IMG/VR virus record: IMGVR_UViG_3300044267_002854
Location: 1-51,764 of that record
Origin: a virus
Lineage: Duplodnaviria > Caudoviricetes
Length of the DNA stretch: 51,764 nucleotides
Reading direction: 5' to 3' (one strand)
Position numbers and translations under genes: made by a program. How positions within the stretch are numbered: the stretch's first letter is position 1; each line of letters opens with the position of its first letter. Shown piece after piece: positions 1-10,300 of this stretch. The notes under the pieces are model-generated. The model was given only the letters and a program-made list of their open reading frames with translations. It was not told the origin of the DNA and did no database searches.

Positions 1-1
1 G

Positions 2-94
2 ATATATAACACAACATCAAATGGCTTATCGGCTACTGGTGCAATCGGCTCACTAACGGTATCTACTAATGGTGCCACAACTATCAATCTATAG
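2..94 (+). CDS. C-terminal end of a virion structural protein (partial)
   Basis: Read by hand: IYNTTSNGLSATGAIGSLTVSTNGATTINL*. The ATGAIGSLTV motif resembles the tail proteins at 48270 and 50700. Confidence 0.6.
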   Translation: MYNTTSNGLSATGAIGSLTVSTNGATTINL

Positions 95-104
95 AGGTAA
101 TATC

Positions 105-236
105 ATGCCAGGAATGACAGCAAGAAGAAACATGATGAGGGGAGACGATAAAAAGTTCCTTCGTTCAGGAGATGAATCTGTTTATAAAATGGGTTCAAAG
201 AAAAAAGGTAAAAAGAAAGGCAAAAGCAAGTATTAA
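105..236 (+). CDS. tiny Lys-rich protein (43 aa)
   Basis: GAGGT RBS; MPGMTARRNMMRGDDKKFLRSGDESVYKMGSKKKGKKKGKSKY*. TAATG coupling to the next ORF. Below the ORF-track length cutoff. Confidence 0.65.
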   Translation: MPGMTARRNMMRGDDKKFLRSGDESVYKMGSKKKGKKKGKSKY

Positions 237-364
237 TGCCCTACCAACGCAGAGGGAGGCGAGTCTTTGTTAAAAAGAATGGTAAGTGGAAACATAAAGC
301 CACTGCAAAAAGCACTGATAACGCAAAAGCGATGATAAGAAAATTGAGGAGTATAAAGCACTAA
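236..364 (+). CDS. tiny basic protein (42 aa)
   Basis: MPYQRRGRRVFVKKNGKWKHKATAKSTDNAKAMIRKLRSIKH*. TAATG overlaps at both ends. Confidence 0.65.
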   Translation: MPYQRRGRRVFVKKNGKWKHKATAKSTDNAKAMIRKLRSIKH

Positions 365-2022
365 TGGCTATTTCAGATAGAGACCTAGACATGATGACTA
401 AACCTGTAGACGATCGTGGACCAAATTTTAGGTTCACCGAAGAAGAACTGCTCTATCCACCAGAAACCATAGACGATCGTGGACCAAACTTTAGGTTTAC
501 TGAAGAAGAATTAAGAGCTCCTGCTGGCATTAATGGAATGAAAGAAAAAGCGTTTGATGGCATTGAAGGCGCACAAGAACTAGTAACCAGTATTCGTGCA
601 GGACTACAGGATCCTGCAAGAGCAATGAGCGAAGGCGCAACAGAAGAAGACATCGCAATGGCACAAAGCATGACAGATGCTCAATTACTGGAGTTTGTTA
701 CTGAACTAGGTACTCAAGCAGAAGCAGATGGCATGGGGGAAGAAAGCCCAGAAGATAAAGCGATTCGTTTATTCAAAGGAATGGACAAATTTGATGAGAT
801 GGGTCGACCCGAAGACATTAACTTTGCTCCTACAGGACTAAATAGTGGCGGTCCAGCTAAACAATATTACAACATGGGCGGTGCTACACACACAATGCCT
901 GATGGTACAGTACATCCTGGAGCTACTCACGAAGAGTATGAACAAATGTTAGCTGGTGGCATGCCTATGCGTATGAATCATGGTGGTTTAGCCAGTATGG
1001 GACGCATGGAAGACACGCAGTTGGCTCACGTTGCTCCTGGAGAGCGAATTGTACCTGACTGGGTTTTAGGTGATAAAGGCGAAGAAATGCTTGATGCAGC
1101 GTTTATTCGTGCAGGTATTGACCCATTAGACTACACAGTAGGTAGCGGTCAAAACTCAATCAACCCAAGGACAGGGATGCCTGAATACACTTCATTTTTT
1201 AGGCGGTTATTTAAAAAGGTTAAGAAACTTGCACCAGCGATCGGGACTCTTGTTGGTTTTAGATATGGTGGTGCTAGAGGTGCTGGCATAGGTAAAGCGA
1301 TCGGTGGGGTTATTAAAACAGGCGATCTAGACTTTGGTAAAGCTCTAAGTGATTTCGGTACAGGTTGGAGTTTAGGCAACGTGGCTACAGGGTTTGGCTT
1401 ACAACAAGGTTCAATATTTAAAAAAGGCAATAGAGGACACATTATCAAACAAGGTGATACAGTGCAAAGTATTGCTGACCAACATGGTGTTACTCGACAA
1501 GACATAATCAATGCTAACCCTAATATTGTAGGAAAAGGTGGAAGGGGTACGGTCAGCCTAAACATAGGAGACGAGATAATAGTCCCTGGAGAAGGAATGT
1601 GGGGTAATATTGCAGCTCCTGGGCAAGGAGGTGTTGGCGGGTTTATACAGAACATAGGCGCAAGAATTTCTGGTGATAAAGGTATAGACTTAATGGATGA
1701 ATTTAAAAATCTGCCAATGGGTCAAAAACTGGCTGTTGGTGCTTTAGGTCTTAATGCTTTATCGCAGACAGGTATGTTCGACGAAGAAGAACTAGGGCAA
1801 TCTCCTGAGTACATCACAGGAGGAATACAGGGTTTAGCTGACTACACTGGGCAACCGTTACGAGTAACGAATCAATCTCCTTATAAATTCAATCCTTCTA
1901 TTGGGCAACCTGTAGGCGTTACACAATATACACCTATAGCTAGTCCAAGCAAATCTTTTAAACAGATTTTAGAAGAATTAAGAGAAGATAACCTTAGAAC
2001 ACCTTTTCCTTCTTTTGGATAA
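364..2022 (+). CDS. putative internal virion/ejection protein with LysM domain
   Basis: 552 aa. LysM-like HIIKQGDTVQSIADQHGVTRQDIINANP..LNIGDEIIVP (about 1438-1587); DTQLAHVAPGERIVP and SINPRTGMPEY motifs; Gly-rich amphipathic segment. Confidence 0.7.
   Translation: MAISDRDLDMMTKPVDDRGPNFRFTEEELLYPPETIDDRGPNFRFTEEELRAPAGINGMKEKAFDGIEGAQELVTSIRAGLQDPARAMSEGATEEDIAMAQSMTDAQLLEFVTELGTQAEADGMGEESPEDKAIRLFKGMDKFDEMGRPEDINFAPTGLNSGGPAKQYYNMGGATHTMPDGTVHPGATHEEYEQMLAGGMPMRMNHGGLASMGRMEDTQLAHVAPGERIVPDWVLGDKGEEMLDAAFIRAGIDPLDYTVGSGQNSINPRTGMPEYTSFFRRLFKKVKKLAPAIGTLVGFRYGGARGAGIGKAIGGVIKTGDLDFGKALSDFGTGWSLGNVATGFGLQQGSIFKKGNRGHIIKQGDTVQSIADQHGVTRQDIINANPNIVGKGGRGTVSLNIGDEIIVPGEGMWGNIAAPGQGGVGGFIQNIGARISGDKGIDLMDEFKNLPMGQKLAVGALGLNALSQTGMFDEEELGQSPEYITGGIQGLADYTGQPLRVTNQSPYKFNPSIGQPVGVTQYTPIASPSKSFKQILEELREDNLRTPFPSFG
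407..510 (+). repeat. two in-frame direct repeats (41 bp, period 63) encoding DDRGPNFRFTEEE
   Basis: 407-447 and 470-510 are near identical. Confidence 0.9.
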
Positions 2023-3708
2023 ATGGCACTCAGACCAATAAATAATAGCCCGTATCTCTCTTACGACCCAGACCCTTACAACATGGGTGGGTTGAACAGC
2101 TTAAACACTCCAATGACTGCTGTTTCTATCCCAGGGGCTAACTTAAACAATATCCCAGCAACTAACTTAAACAATTTTGTTGCTGAACAGGAACAGTACA
2201 CAGATTCAGGAGACGACCAAGAATATTCAAATCCTGTTGGAGGAGACACGCCTTGGGGAAGTTCTGCTAATTTAGGTAATTTTGGTCCAGGAGGAAATCG
2301 CATTGCAGGACAACACACACCGCATAAAGCAAATCGAACGCAACGTCCAGGACAAAAACCTAGTGTGCGTTTTGGTAATTACGGGGTGACTAAGGCTCAA
2401 ATGCGTAGTGTTCGTAATGCACTTAAAATAGGCGATCTTCAGCCTGGAGCCATTTTTGCAGACGGCACTACAGGGTATGTCTGGCGAGTGGACGATGACG
2501 GAGTACTTCAAATACACGGCACTGCAGGAATGGGAGGCAATAGTACGATATTGGGTGGAGAAATGAATGCTGAAGGTGATTTCATACTTGACCAAGGCGA
2601 ATGGCAAGAAGGAGACACTGTTTTATTTCCAGTTTACGAGTTTGATCCTGAAACAGGCGAACAAGTGCTGTCGGGTTTTGAAGAAAGAGTATATACTCCA
2701 GGAGAAGGTATAGAAGATCCTTGGGTTGTGAGAAGTGGTGACGACGAAGAAGAAACACCACCACTCGACCCTATAGTAGACGTAATAACCACACCTACGC
2801 CCACACCTACACCGACACCTACACCGACTCCTACGCCAACTCCGACTCCTACGCCAACTCCGACACCGACTCCTACGCCCACACCTACACCGACTCCGAC
2901 ACCTACACCGACTCCTACGCCCACACCTACGCCGACTCCGACACCTACACCTACACCGACTCCTACGCCCACACCTACACCGACTCCTACGCCCACACCT
3001 ACACCGACTCCTACGCCCACACCTACACCTACACCCACACCTACGCCCACACCTACACCTACACCTACTGACGATGGCGGTGGTGACGACGATGGTGGTG
3101 ACGACGATGGTGGTGATGAAGATGGTGGTGGTGATGATGGCGGTGGTGAAGAAGCACGTCGTTCTTGGTGGGGAACGCTAGGTAATCTTTTCGGTATGTT
3201 TGCACCAGCAGGTCAAGAAGTACCAGAGACGCAAGTAACTACGAGAGCAGGAGAAGAAACAGTAGGTACTGTTTCTAGTTCAGAAAAACCAGACTTTACT
3301 GGCTCTGGGTTAAGTACCTTGCAAGTACAACCTATGGAACAAATGGATATTGCAGGGTTGCCTCAAGAAATGTTAGAGGAATTAAGAAGGAAAAAAATTG
3401 CGCTTCCTTTCCCGACGTTCGATATAAAAACAAGATATGCAAACGATGGCGGTCCAATGAAAACAGAAGGAATAGCAAGTTTAATGCGTCCTGAACTAGA
3501 CCGAGACACAATACCAGCAATGCTCACTGAAGATGAACACGTCATCACTCGAGGCGGAATATTAGGGCTAGATCTAATGATGGGTGGGAATGGAGACTTT
3601 ACAAGAGGGCATGAAATAGTTAATAATATTCAAAGGCAAGGAGAAGACTATCTAAATATGGTCTTGGATCGCCCTTTGTTCAACAGGAGTATGAAAAGAG
3701 ATGGCTGA
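2023..3708 (+). CDS. putative virion protein with (PT)n linker and D/G-rich tract
   Basis: 561 aa ORF abutting the upstream stop. C-terminal DTIPAMLTEDEHVIT motif. Confidence 0.75.
   Translation: MALRPINNSPYLSYDPDPYNMGGLNSLNTPMTAVSIPGANLNNIPATNLNNFVAEQEQYTDSGDDQEYSNPVGGDTPWGSSANLGNFGPGGNRIAGQHTPHKANRTQRPGQKPSVRFGNYGVTKAQMRSVRNALKIGDLQPGAIFADGTTGYVWRVDDDGVLQIHGTAGMGGNSTILGGEMNAEGDFILDQGEWQEGDTVLFPVYEFDPETGEQVLSGFEERVYTPGEGIEDPWVVRSGDDEEETPPLDPIVDVITTPTPTPTPTPTPTPTPTPTPTPTPTPTPTPTPTPTPTPTPTPTPTPTPTPTPTPTPTPTPTPTPTPTPTPTPTPTPTPTPTPTPTPTPTPTPTDDGGGDDDGGDDDGGDEDGGGDDGGGEEARRSWWGTLGNLFGMFAPAGQEVPETQVTTRAGEETVGTVSSSEKPDFTGSGLSTLQVQPMEQMDIAGLPQEMLEELRRKKIALPFPTFDIKTRYANDGGPMKTEGIASLMRPELDRDTIPAMLTEDEHVITRGGILGLDLMMGGNGDFTRGHEIVNNIQRQGEDYLNMVLDRPLFNRSMKRDG
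2791..3069 (+). repeat. coding hexamer tandem repeat ACNCCN encoding about 46 Thr-Pro units
   Basis: Synonymously diversified acacct/acgccc/acaccg/actcct units, followed by a DDGGG tract (3070-3150). Confidence 0.95.
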
Positions 3709-4867
3709 GACCCAATCAGATCGAATAGGCTATAAAGCGCCACCACAAGGAATACGAGACTTATATTTTGGTGCAGGTCCAGGTGTTCCTGGCATGTATC
3801 CACTATTAAATCAAGCAACGTCGAATTATTTTTCTACAATGGGTATGCCTGGAATGACTCCGTACAGTTATCAAGGCAACCGAATCGCTGGGTTTACTCC
3901 TATGCAAAGACAAGCCATGGGGATGGCAGGCAGGGGCGTTGGCTCTTACTTACCGTTTTACCAAAGAGGCGAACAAATGCTGGACAGATCAGGTCGAACA
4001 GCGCAAGGCGCATACGACACAGCAGCAGGAATGTATGGTCAAGGTCTTGATTTTTCTATGCCAGCGATACAACAAGGACTAGGCTCACTGGGCAGTGCTC
4101 AAGGATACACTCAACAAGCAGCAGGAATGTACGACCCATCTAGAACAAGCGAATTTATGAACCCCTATATGCAGCAAGTAATTGACCCAATTACAGAATC
4201 ATTAAGGGAACAAACAGAACAACAAAAACAAGCAATTAACCAAAAAGCAATTAGTGCTGGTGCTTTTGGCAATCGTCGAGCAGACATGTTGACAGGCGAA
4301 GCAGAAAGAGCAGGACAACGAGCCATGGGGGAAACAGTTGGTAAACTGTTAGCAGGTGGTTACGGTCAAGCAGTTCAAGATCGACTAGCCAGTGCAGAAG
4401 GTATGCGTGGAATTGGTGGTCAGATGGGTAATATTGCTGGTGGGTATGGTTCGCTGGGTGGATTAGGTGCTGACGTTTACGGTCAATACGGCAGAAACTT
4501 AGGAACACAAGGCATGAATTTAGCCACAATGATGGGTAATCTGGGTGGACAGTACCAAAACATGGGTGCTAACCTTTACGGGCTAGGTGGACAAGACATT
4601 AATCGAATGATGAATGTTGGTAATATGCAACAGCAAATGCAACAACGATACGACGATCTTGCTTATCAAAACTTTATGGGTCAGTACGCACTGCCTTATC
4701 AAACGCTCGGACAAGCCTTTAATATCGGCAATCAAGCGCTTCCATACATGGGCGGTGTTACTGGTGACCAAAGCTACTCAACTACGGCAGGTGGCTCTAA
4801 CCCGTTCCTTGATTGGGCGAGTGTAGGGTTAGGTGCTTACGGTGCGTATAAGAACGCAACTTCATAA
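3701..4867 (+). CDS. Gly/Gln/Met-rich putative DNA ejection/pilot protein
   Basis: 388 aa. FMNPYMQQVI and AISAGAFG motifs and a hydrophobic Gly-rich C-terminus, typical of podovirus ejection proteins. Confidence 0.6.
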   Translation: MAETQSDRIGYKAPPQGIRDLYFGAGPGVPGMYPLLNQATSNYFSTMGMPGMTPYSYQGNRIAGFTPMQRQAMGMAGRGVGSYLPFYQRGEQMLDRSGRTAQGAYDTAAGMYGQGLDFSMPAIQQGLGSLGSAQGYTQQAAGMYDPSRTSEFMNPYMQQVIDPITESLREQTEQQKQAINQKAISAGAFGNRRADMLTGEAERAGQRAMGETVGKLLAGGYGQAVQDRLASAEGMRGIGGQMGNIAGGYGSLGGLGADVYGQYGRNLGTQGMNLATMMGNLGGQYQNMGANLYGLGGQDINRMMNVGNMQQQMQQRYDDLAYQNFMGQYALPYQTLGQAFNIGNQALPYMGGVTGDQSYSTTAGGSNPFLDWASVGLGAYGAYKNATS

Positions 4868-7392
4868 TGACTAACGGACTACAGGGTTTACGCACAGTTC
4901 AGGAAGACACAGACGTCAGAACTAAAAGAGGTACTGACGACTCTATGATGAATTATGACATAGATATGCCGAGTATTACTGCTTTTCAGCAATCGCTTCC
5001 CTTCCAAGGAATGCCAAACATTGACATGCCTGAAACACCACCAAGCCCAGACACGCCTCCCCCTATTGACTCTTTCCAAATGGATCCGTTTGAGTTTGAA
5101 ATGCCGACTATTGATCAGATGAGTTTTACTCCTATTGAAGTTAAAATCGAGGATCTTCAGTTAGATGAAGGAGGGATTGACCCTGTGAGTGCGTTTGCTT
5201 CAGTGGTTCTTGGTGGAAGTGGGGAAAGATCTCTGGGTGGTCAAATTGAGAGTTCGCAATCCGAAGCCAGTGAACAAGAAGAACTAGACGCAGTTAATGC
5301 TGCTCTGTTACATAAAGAAATGCCTCTAGATTTCACCAACCCTTCAATTATTAAACATTTCGAAAAGTTTGGTATCGATTTAGGGCAAAGACAGAAAGAC
5401 TACGAAGCTAGAAAAGAAGGAGGAATGCCTTTTATTAATGCAGCATTGGCGCTTTCACAAGCCAGTCAGGAAGGAAAAAATGTTCCTCAAGCAATAACCA
5501 GTGCTATTGGTGCTTTTAGCGCTACAAAAGAAAAACTCAATGAACTTGATCCTCTAATGTTACAACTTGCTATGGCTACTTTGCCGAAAACAACAGGAGT
5601 TGGGGACATAGAAGGTAATTTTGATATATCGTACAAAGGTCAATATCTCGGTAGGAAACACCTAACCGATGCGATGATATTAGGTTATGAAGATTCGGGC
5701 GTAACACTCACTCCTGTTCCTGATGGCGAAAACGCAACGGGTAAATATTATGTCATGACTGATGATGGTTCTTGGGCGATACGAAACTTAGACGACAATG
5801 CTTATCAACGTCTGGTAAACGAAAAAGGTTTTGATAAGGTACAGGCGTTTGATCAGGTTGCAGAAAGACAACTTGTTCCTGTGTTTGATGACGCAGAAAA
5901 TTCATTCGACACTATGTCTTTAGCAGACTATAACCGTTTAAAAGTAGAAGAACCTGACCGCTACTCTGTAGAAGCAGGAGACTATGTAGAAGCTGAGTAT
6001 TTAAGAGACGATGGGGAATACGAGTTTGGAGACACTATGTCTGTGCCCAAATCTTGGCTTGCAAGTAACCCAGGATGGAGCAAAATTCCTAATTCTTCCT
6101 ATAAAGTGAGCATGGTTAATGGTGTGCCCACCTTTAGTAATGTGCCTTCGAGCATAGCGGGTAGTTTAGCGTTAGAAAAGGCAGCAGCACAAGAGAAAAT
6201 CGACGAAGCAGAAGAATGGCTCAAGACCTCCAATGATAACTTGGGACAAATGGTTACGACGGTAGGTCAATTAGACAAAGGACTAGAACAACTCGAAGGT
6301 AGAGGCGGTAGAGCGGTTAGATGGTGGGAAGGATTTAAAGATGTCACTATTGGTGGTGCTAAAGAAATTTTAGGGGCTTATAATATTACAGGTGTAGATC
6401 CGAGCCAGATAAGATTCTCTAGTGGTATTACGCTTGAAGAAGCTGAAGCTGACTTTAGAGAAGAATATAGAAGAATGGTAGATGATGGCATGTTCGGTAT
6501 GTTTAACGGATTAGATGACACAAGCAGAGCAGAAGCATCACTAGCAGTTGAAAATGCTCTTTTCAGTTTAGCCCTACAAAATGCAATGAACTCTTATAAC
6601 CAGACGGCTCGTTCAATTTCAGATCGTGATTTAGCGTTTTTCTTAAGACAGATTGGTTCTGCTGCTGGTTCTACATCAACACTCGTACGTGCTGTAACCG
6701 ATGAAATAAAAAGAAGCACTCTCAGTAAATTTGATACTGCTTCTGAATCTATGATTTATCACCAACCAACATTAAATGATGAAAACAGATCGAGACCTCT
6801 TGTTAATCAGGGTTATCTTGTACTTAAAGAGGGCGCAGATCCAACAAGAAGAGACTCATACGAACTAGATCCGAACAGTCCTGCGATGAAACAGAGATTT
6901 GCGCTTGAGGATGCTTTAAATAACTTGAGCCTTAAATATGGTTCTGGTCCACAGGCGGGTGGTGGAAATGGTAAGACTAGCTTCATTGGCGGTGGTCCGT
7001 TTATAGAAAAAATGAACAATTTTCAAGCAAGTGGTAAAAAACAAACAATCATTAGGAACGGCAACCCGTACGAACTCGACCCAGCACAACTGACTAATCA
7101 AGTAGACCTTAGTCAAGCTAGTGTACCTGCTGGTATTCCTGGATTCAGTGAGATCAGCAGTGCTTTTAGCGCTTTAGCCGATACTAAGTCTCCAAGTATG
7201 AAAGCAATATTAAATACATATAATCAATTTGTTTTTCCGAGGATACAAGAAGAAATGGACAAAGGTGATGACATCAGTGTGGAAATTGCAAAACAAATTC
7301 ATAATCAGTTTCTAAACATTTTCCTTCCTAGCCAAGAAAACAAAGCCTTGTTTGACCAGTTTCAATTTGGCATAACCAACGCAACACTATGA
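4867..7392 (+). CDS. large putative internal virion protein
   Basis: 841 aa, translationally coupled, located in the ejection-protein block. Confidence 0.55.
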   Translation: MTNGLQGLRTVQEDTDVRTKRGTDDSMMNYDIDMPSITAFQQSLPFQGMPNIDMPETPPSPDTPPPIDSFQMDPFEFEMPTIDQMSFTPIEVKIEDLQLDEGGIDPVSAFASVVLGGSGERSLGGQIESSQSEASEQEELDAVNAALLHKEMPLDFTNPSIIKHFEKFGIDLGQRQKDYEARKEGGMPFINAALALSQASQEGKNVPQAITSAIGAFSATKEKLNELDPLMLQLAMATLPKTTGVGDIEGNFDISYKGQYLGRKHLTDAMILGYEDSGVTLTPVPDGENATGKYYVMTDDGSWAIRNLDDNAYQRLVNEKGFDKVQAFDQVAERQLVPVFDDAENSFDTMSLADYNRLKVEEPDRYSVEAGDYVEAEYLRDDGEYEFGDTMSVPKSWLASNPGWSKIPNSSYKVSMVNGVPTFSNVPSSIAGSLALEKAAAQEKIDEAEEWLKTSNDNLGQMVTTVGQLDKGLEQLEGRGGRAVRWWEGFKDVTIGGAKEILGAYNITGVDPSQIRFSSGITLEEAEADFREEYRRMVDDGMFGMFNGLDDTSRAEASLAVENALFSLALQNAMNSYNQTARSISDRDLAFFLRQIGSAAGSTSTLVRAVTDEIKRSTLSKFDTASESMIYHQPTLNDENRSRPLVNQGYLVLKEGADPTRRDSYELDPNSPAMKQRFALEDALNNLSLKYGSGPQAGGGNGKTSFIGGGPFIEKMNNFQASGKKQTIIRNGNPYELDPAQLTNQVDLSQASVPAGIPGFSEISSAFSALADTKSPSMKAILNTYNQFVFPRIQEEMDKGDDISVEIAKQIHNQFLNIFLPSQENKALFDQFQFGITNATL

Positions 7393-10300
7393 CGTATGCC
7401 AGTACAATAATAGACGATCTTATGCAACAAGCCATAGTTGACGAAAGCGACGCTTTGCAACAGTTTCAACAAGGCATAATGAGTCAAACACAAAGAGAGA
7501 CGATTGATCGTTCATTACAAGAGCGATACAACATAGAGCCAAGACAGTTTTATAGTCTTCCAGATGAATTACAACGAGAGTACTACGGTCAAGCAGCACA
7601 GGTGCTGGATATCATCGAGCCCACAAGCGACTTTGACCGAGTAAGAAGCATAGGTAGAGTAAGAGATATCTACGATGAGTATACTCGCACACCTAGACAA
7701 GAACTAGAAGTAAGGGGTGTTGACCCAGAAGGAGCACCGTTCGCTGTTCAAGAAACTCTTGCTGATCTGCCAGCTGGTGTAGACCAACTGCAAGCAGCCA
7801 ATCGTGCGCTATCTGAACAGTTTCCAGGAGTCAGTATTCAAGACCTGGACGTTTCGTTAGAACCTGAGACAAATAATGTAATTTTCAAAAACCCAGAAAC
7901 ACAACAGTATACAACAATCAACCCTGTTGGTAATAATTGGATGGATGCAGCAGGTCGATGGATGAAACTAGAAGGCGACGCAATCATGTGGAGTTTAATT
8001 CCAGGTGTTTTAGCAGGAGTGGGTACTGGTGCACTTACAAAAAGTCCAGGGCTCGCACAAACTGCAGGTGTTATAGCAGACGTTGGGGGGTACTTTGAGT
8101 TTCGTAGAAGAACGCTAAAAGATTTAAAAGAAAGAGGGTATTTAGATGAAAACGAATGGACAGATGGCGCCATTATTCGACAATCATTAATGGATTCAAT
8201 ACCTGTTGGTATAGGTTCTGTTGCTGGTGTCGCCCTTACTCGTCTTCTGACTGCTCACATCAAACGTCTCCCCGATATGTCGCTTGATGAACAACAATTA
8301 GTGAAGGCAATAAAAGAAGTTTATGCATCAAAAGGAATGCCTTTTTACGATGAAAAAAGTGCAGTTCAATATTTATATCAAAAACAACTCGCAGGAGAGC
8401 TTCCCCCTAATATGAGGGGAGGAGATGTTCCTTGGGAGGCTTATTCTACAGACGAGATCTTAGACATGGCTAGAAGAGTAGCCGATATAGAAAATCCAGG
8501 AGCAAGTATTCGACCAACAACACCACAAATAATATTAGAAGCATCAGAAGAATTGGGTATAAACATAGGTGGTGCTCCTCGAAAAACAGCAGAAACACTA
8601 CAAGCTGCATTAGAGGCTATCAGAAAAGAAGGTGGACCATTAGCCCAACAAGTAGATGAAATAATGAGTGGTCAAGAAGCTCAGATGGCTCAAAAATATC
8701 AAATGTTGCTCGACCAAGGGCTTGGTACAGAAGACGCTCTTAGGCAATTAGCGGGAATCAATACAAAGAAGATTACAGGAACAGCAACAGACTTAAATAA
8801 AATACTTTCAGAACCTCAGATTGCTCGGGTAAACGAAGCTACAAACGAAATACAAAGACTAACCGACGAGGCTATAGACTCAATTGATAACCTCACAACT
8901 AACCGACTAACTAAACAAGAAGCAGGAGCATCTACTCGAGAATTTTTTGAAGAACAGATAGAGGCTGGAGAAAAATACATCGATGCTTTTTACGACAAGT
9001 TAGGTGTAGACGCTGGTGGTGGAAGAGCAATTTATGATCCGACTTCTTTAATTGAAAAAGTTAAAGGGTTAGAAACAGGGGAAGGTAGAAGGATTATTCA
9101 GTCTTTTAGGAAAGACACCAACGCTCTTGACGACATTTTAAAATTACCGAAACTAAAGAAAGTTACAGATGGAAGACAGTATAAAAATATCAGCTATGAA
9201 CAGATAAAAGGAATGATTGAAGATATAAACGGTAAGCTACAAGAGAATTTATCAACTAGTGAAAAACGAGTATACACACAACTAAAAGACACGTTATTAG
9301 ACTTTAGGTCAAGCGCTTTGGCTACACAAGGAGACGACGTAGCGCAGATGGCTAGAATTATCGACGAAGGGTACAGTACATTCAAAGACACATTTAAGAC
9401 AGGGGTAATCAATAAAATAACTAAAGCCCGTAGTGGTCGGTACACAACAGGAGAGGGTTCGGTTATGGATGCTCTTCTTTTGCAAGGCACTAAAAAAGAT
9501 AAAGAATTTGTAAAAAACATTATTAACGGCAATACTCCAGGAGCAGATGTCGCTAAAACAAATGTTCAATCTTGGTTGAGAGGTGAACTTTATAGTCTTG
9601 GTAGACAAGCAGACGGTTCAATAGACCCCAGTCGCATAACTGACGCTCAACTTAATGGGTTTTTAAACAAATACGCAACGTTGTTAGACGACTACTTGCC
9701 TGCTAAAGAAGTTAGTCGCATTAGAAAACTACCTAACCTAATTAACGACATGACTCGTGGTATAAAAGAACAAGAAAGATTGTTAGCGACACTAAAAAGC
9801 GACCCAGAACTCGGAACTATATTTGACGACATGGGCAGAGCACAGCTCCATAATGATCCTTCTCAAGTTTTCACTAGGTTGTATGGAAGAGGTCCACTTG
9901 TTCCAGGTGGTAAAACACGGGTTGCTGTTAATGTGCCTGCCCTTCAAAAAACAGTTCGAATACTTAAAGGTAGGAACGACGCTACATCTAGGCGAGTATT
10001 AGAAGATTTAAAAATGTATGCTGCAAAAGACCTTGATGATGAAGTTTCTTTAGGGTCTAAAAGCGTGAATGGTTTAATAAATCCTCTTGAGTTTAAAGAA
10101 TACCTTACAACAATGGAAGAACCACTAGAAATTCTTTTTGGTAAAAAATTCGTTAAAGGGTTAGGTGACTATGAAAGAATGATTCGTTATTTAATGCCTA
10201 AAGGGGTTGGTAGTGGCGCAGGAGCAGAGGCATTCCAACAGGCTTTGAAACAAGCGGAGGCGGACGCTTTAAAAGTAGGTACAGACGTTACTCGTGCTTA

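Noticed and set aside
2634-3050. Minus-strand (GV)n ORF
   Set aside because: Shadow of the (TP)n repeat in the plus-strand gene.
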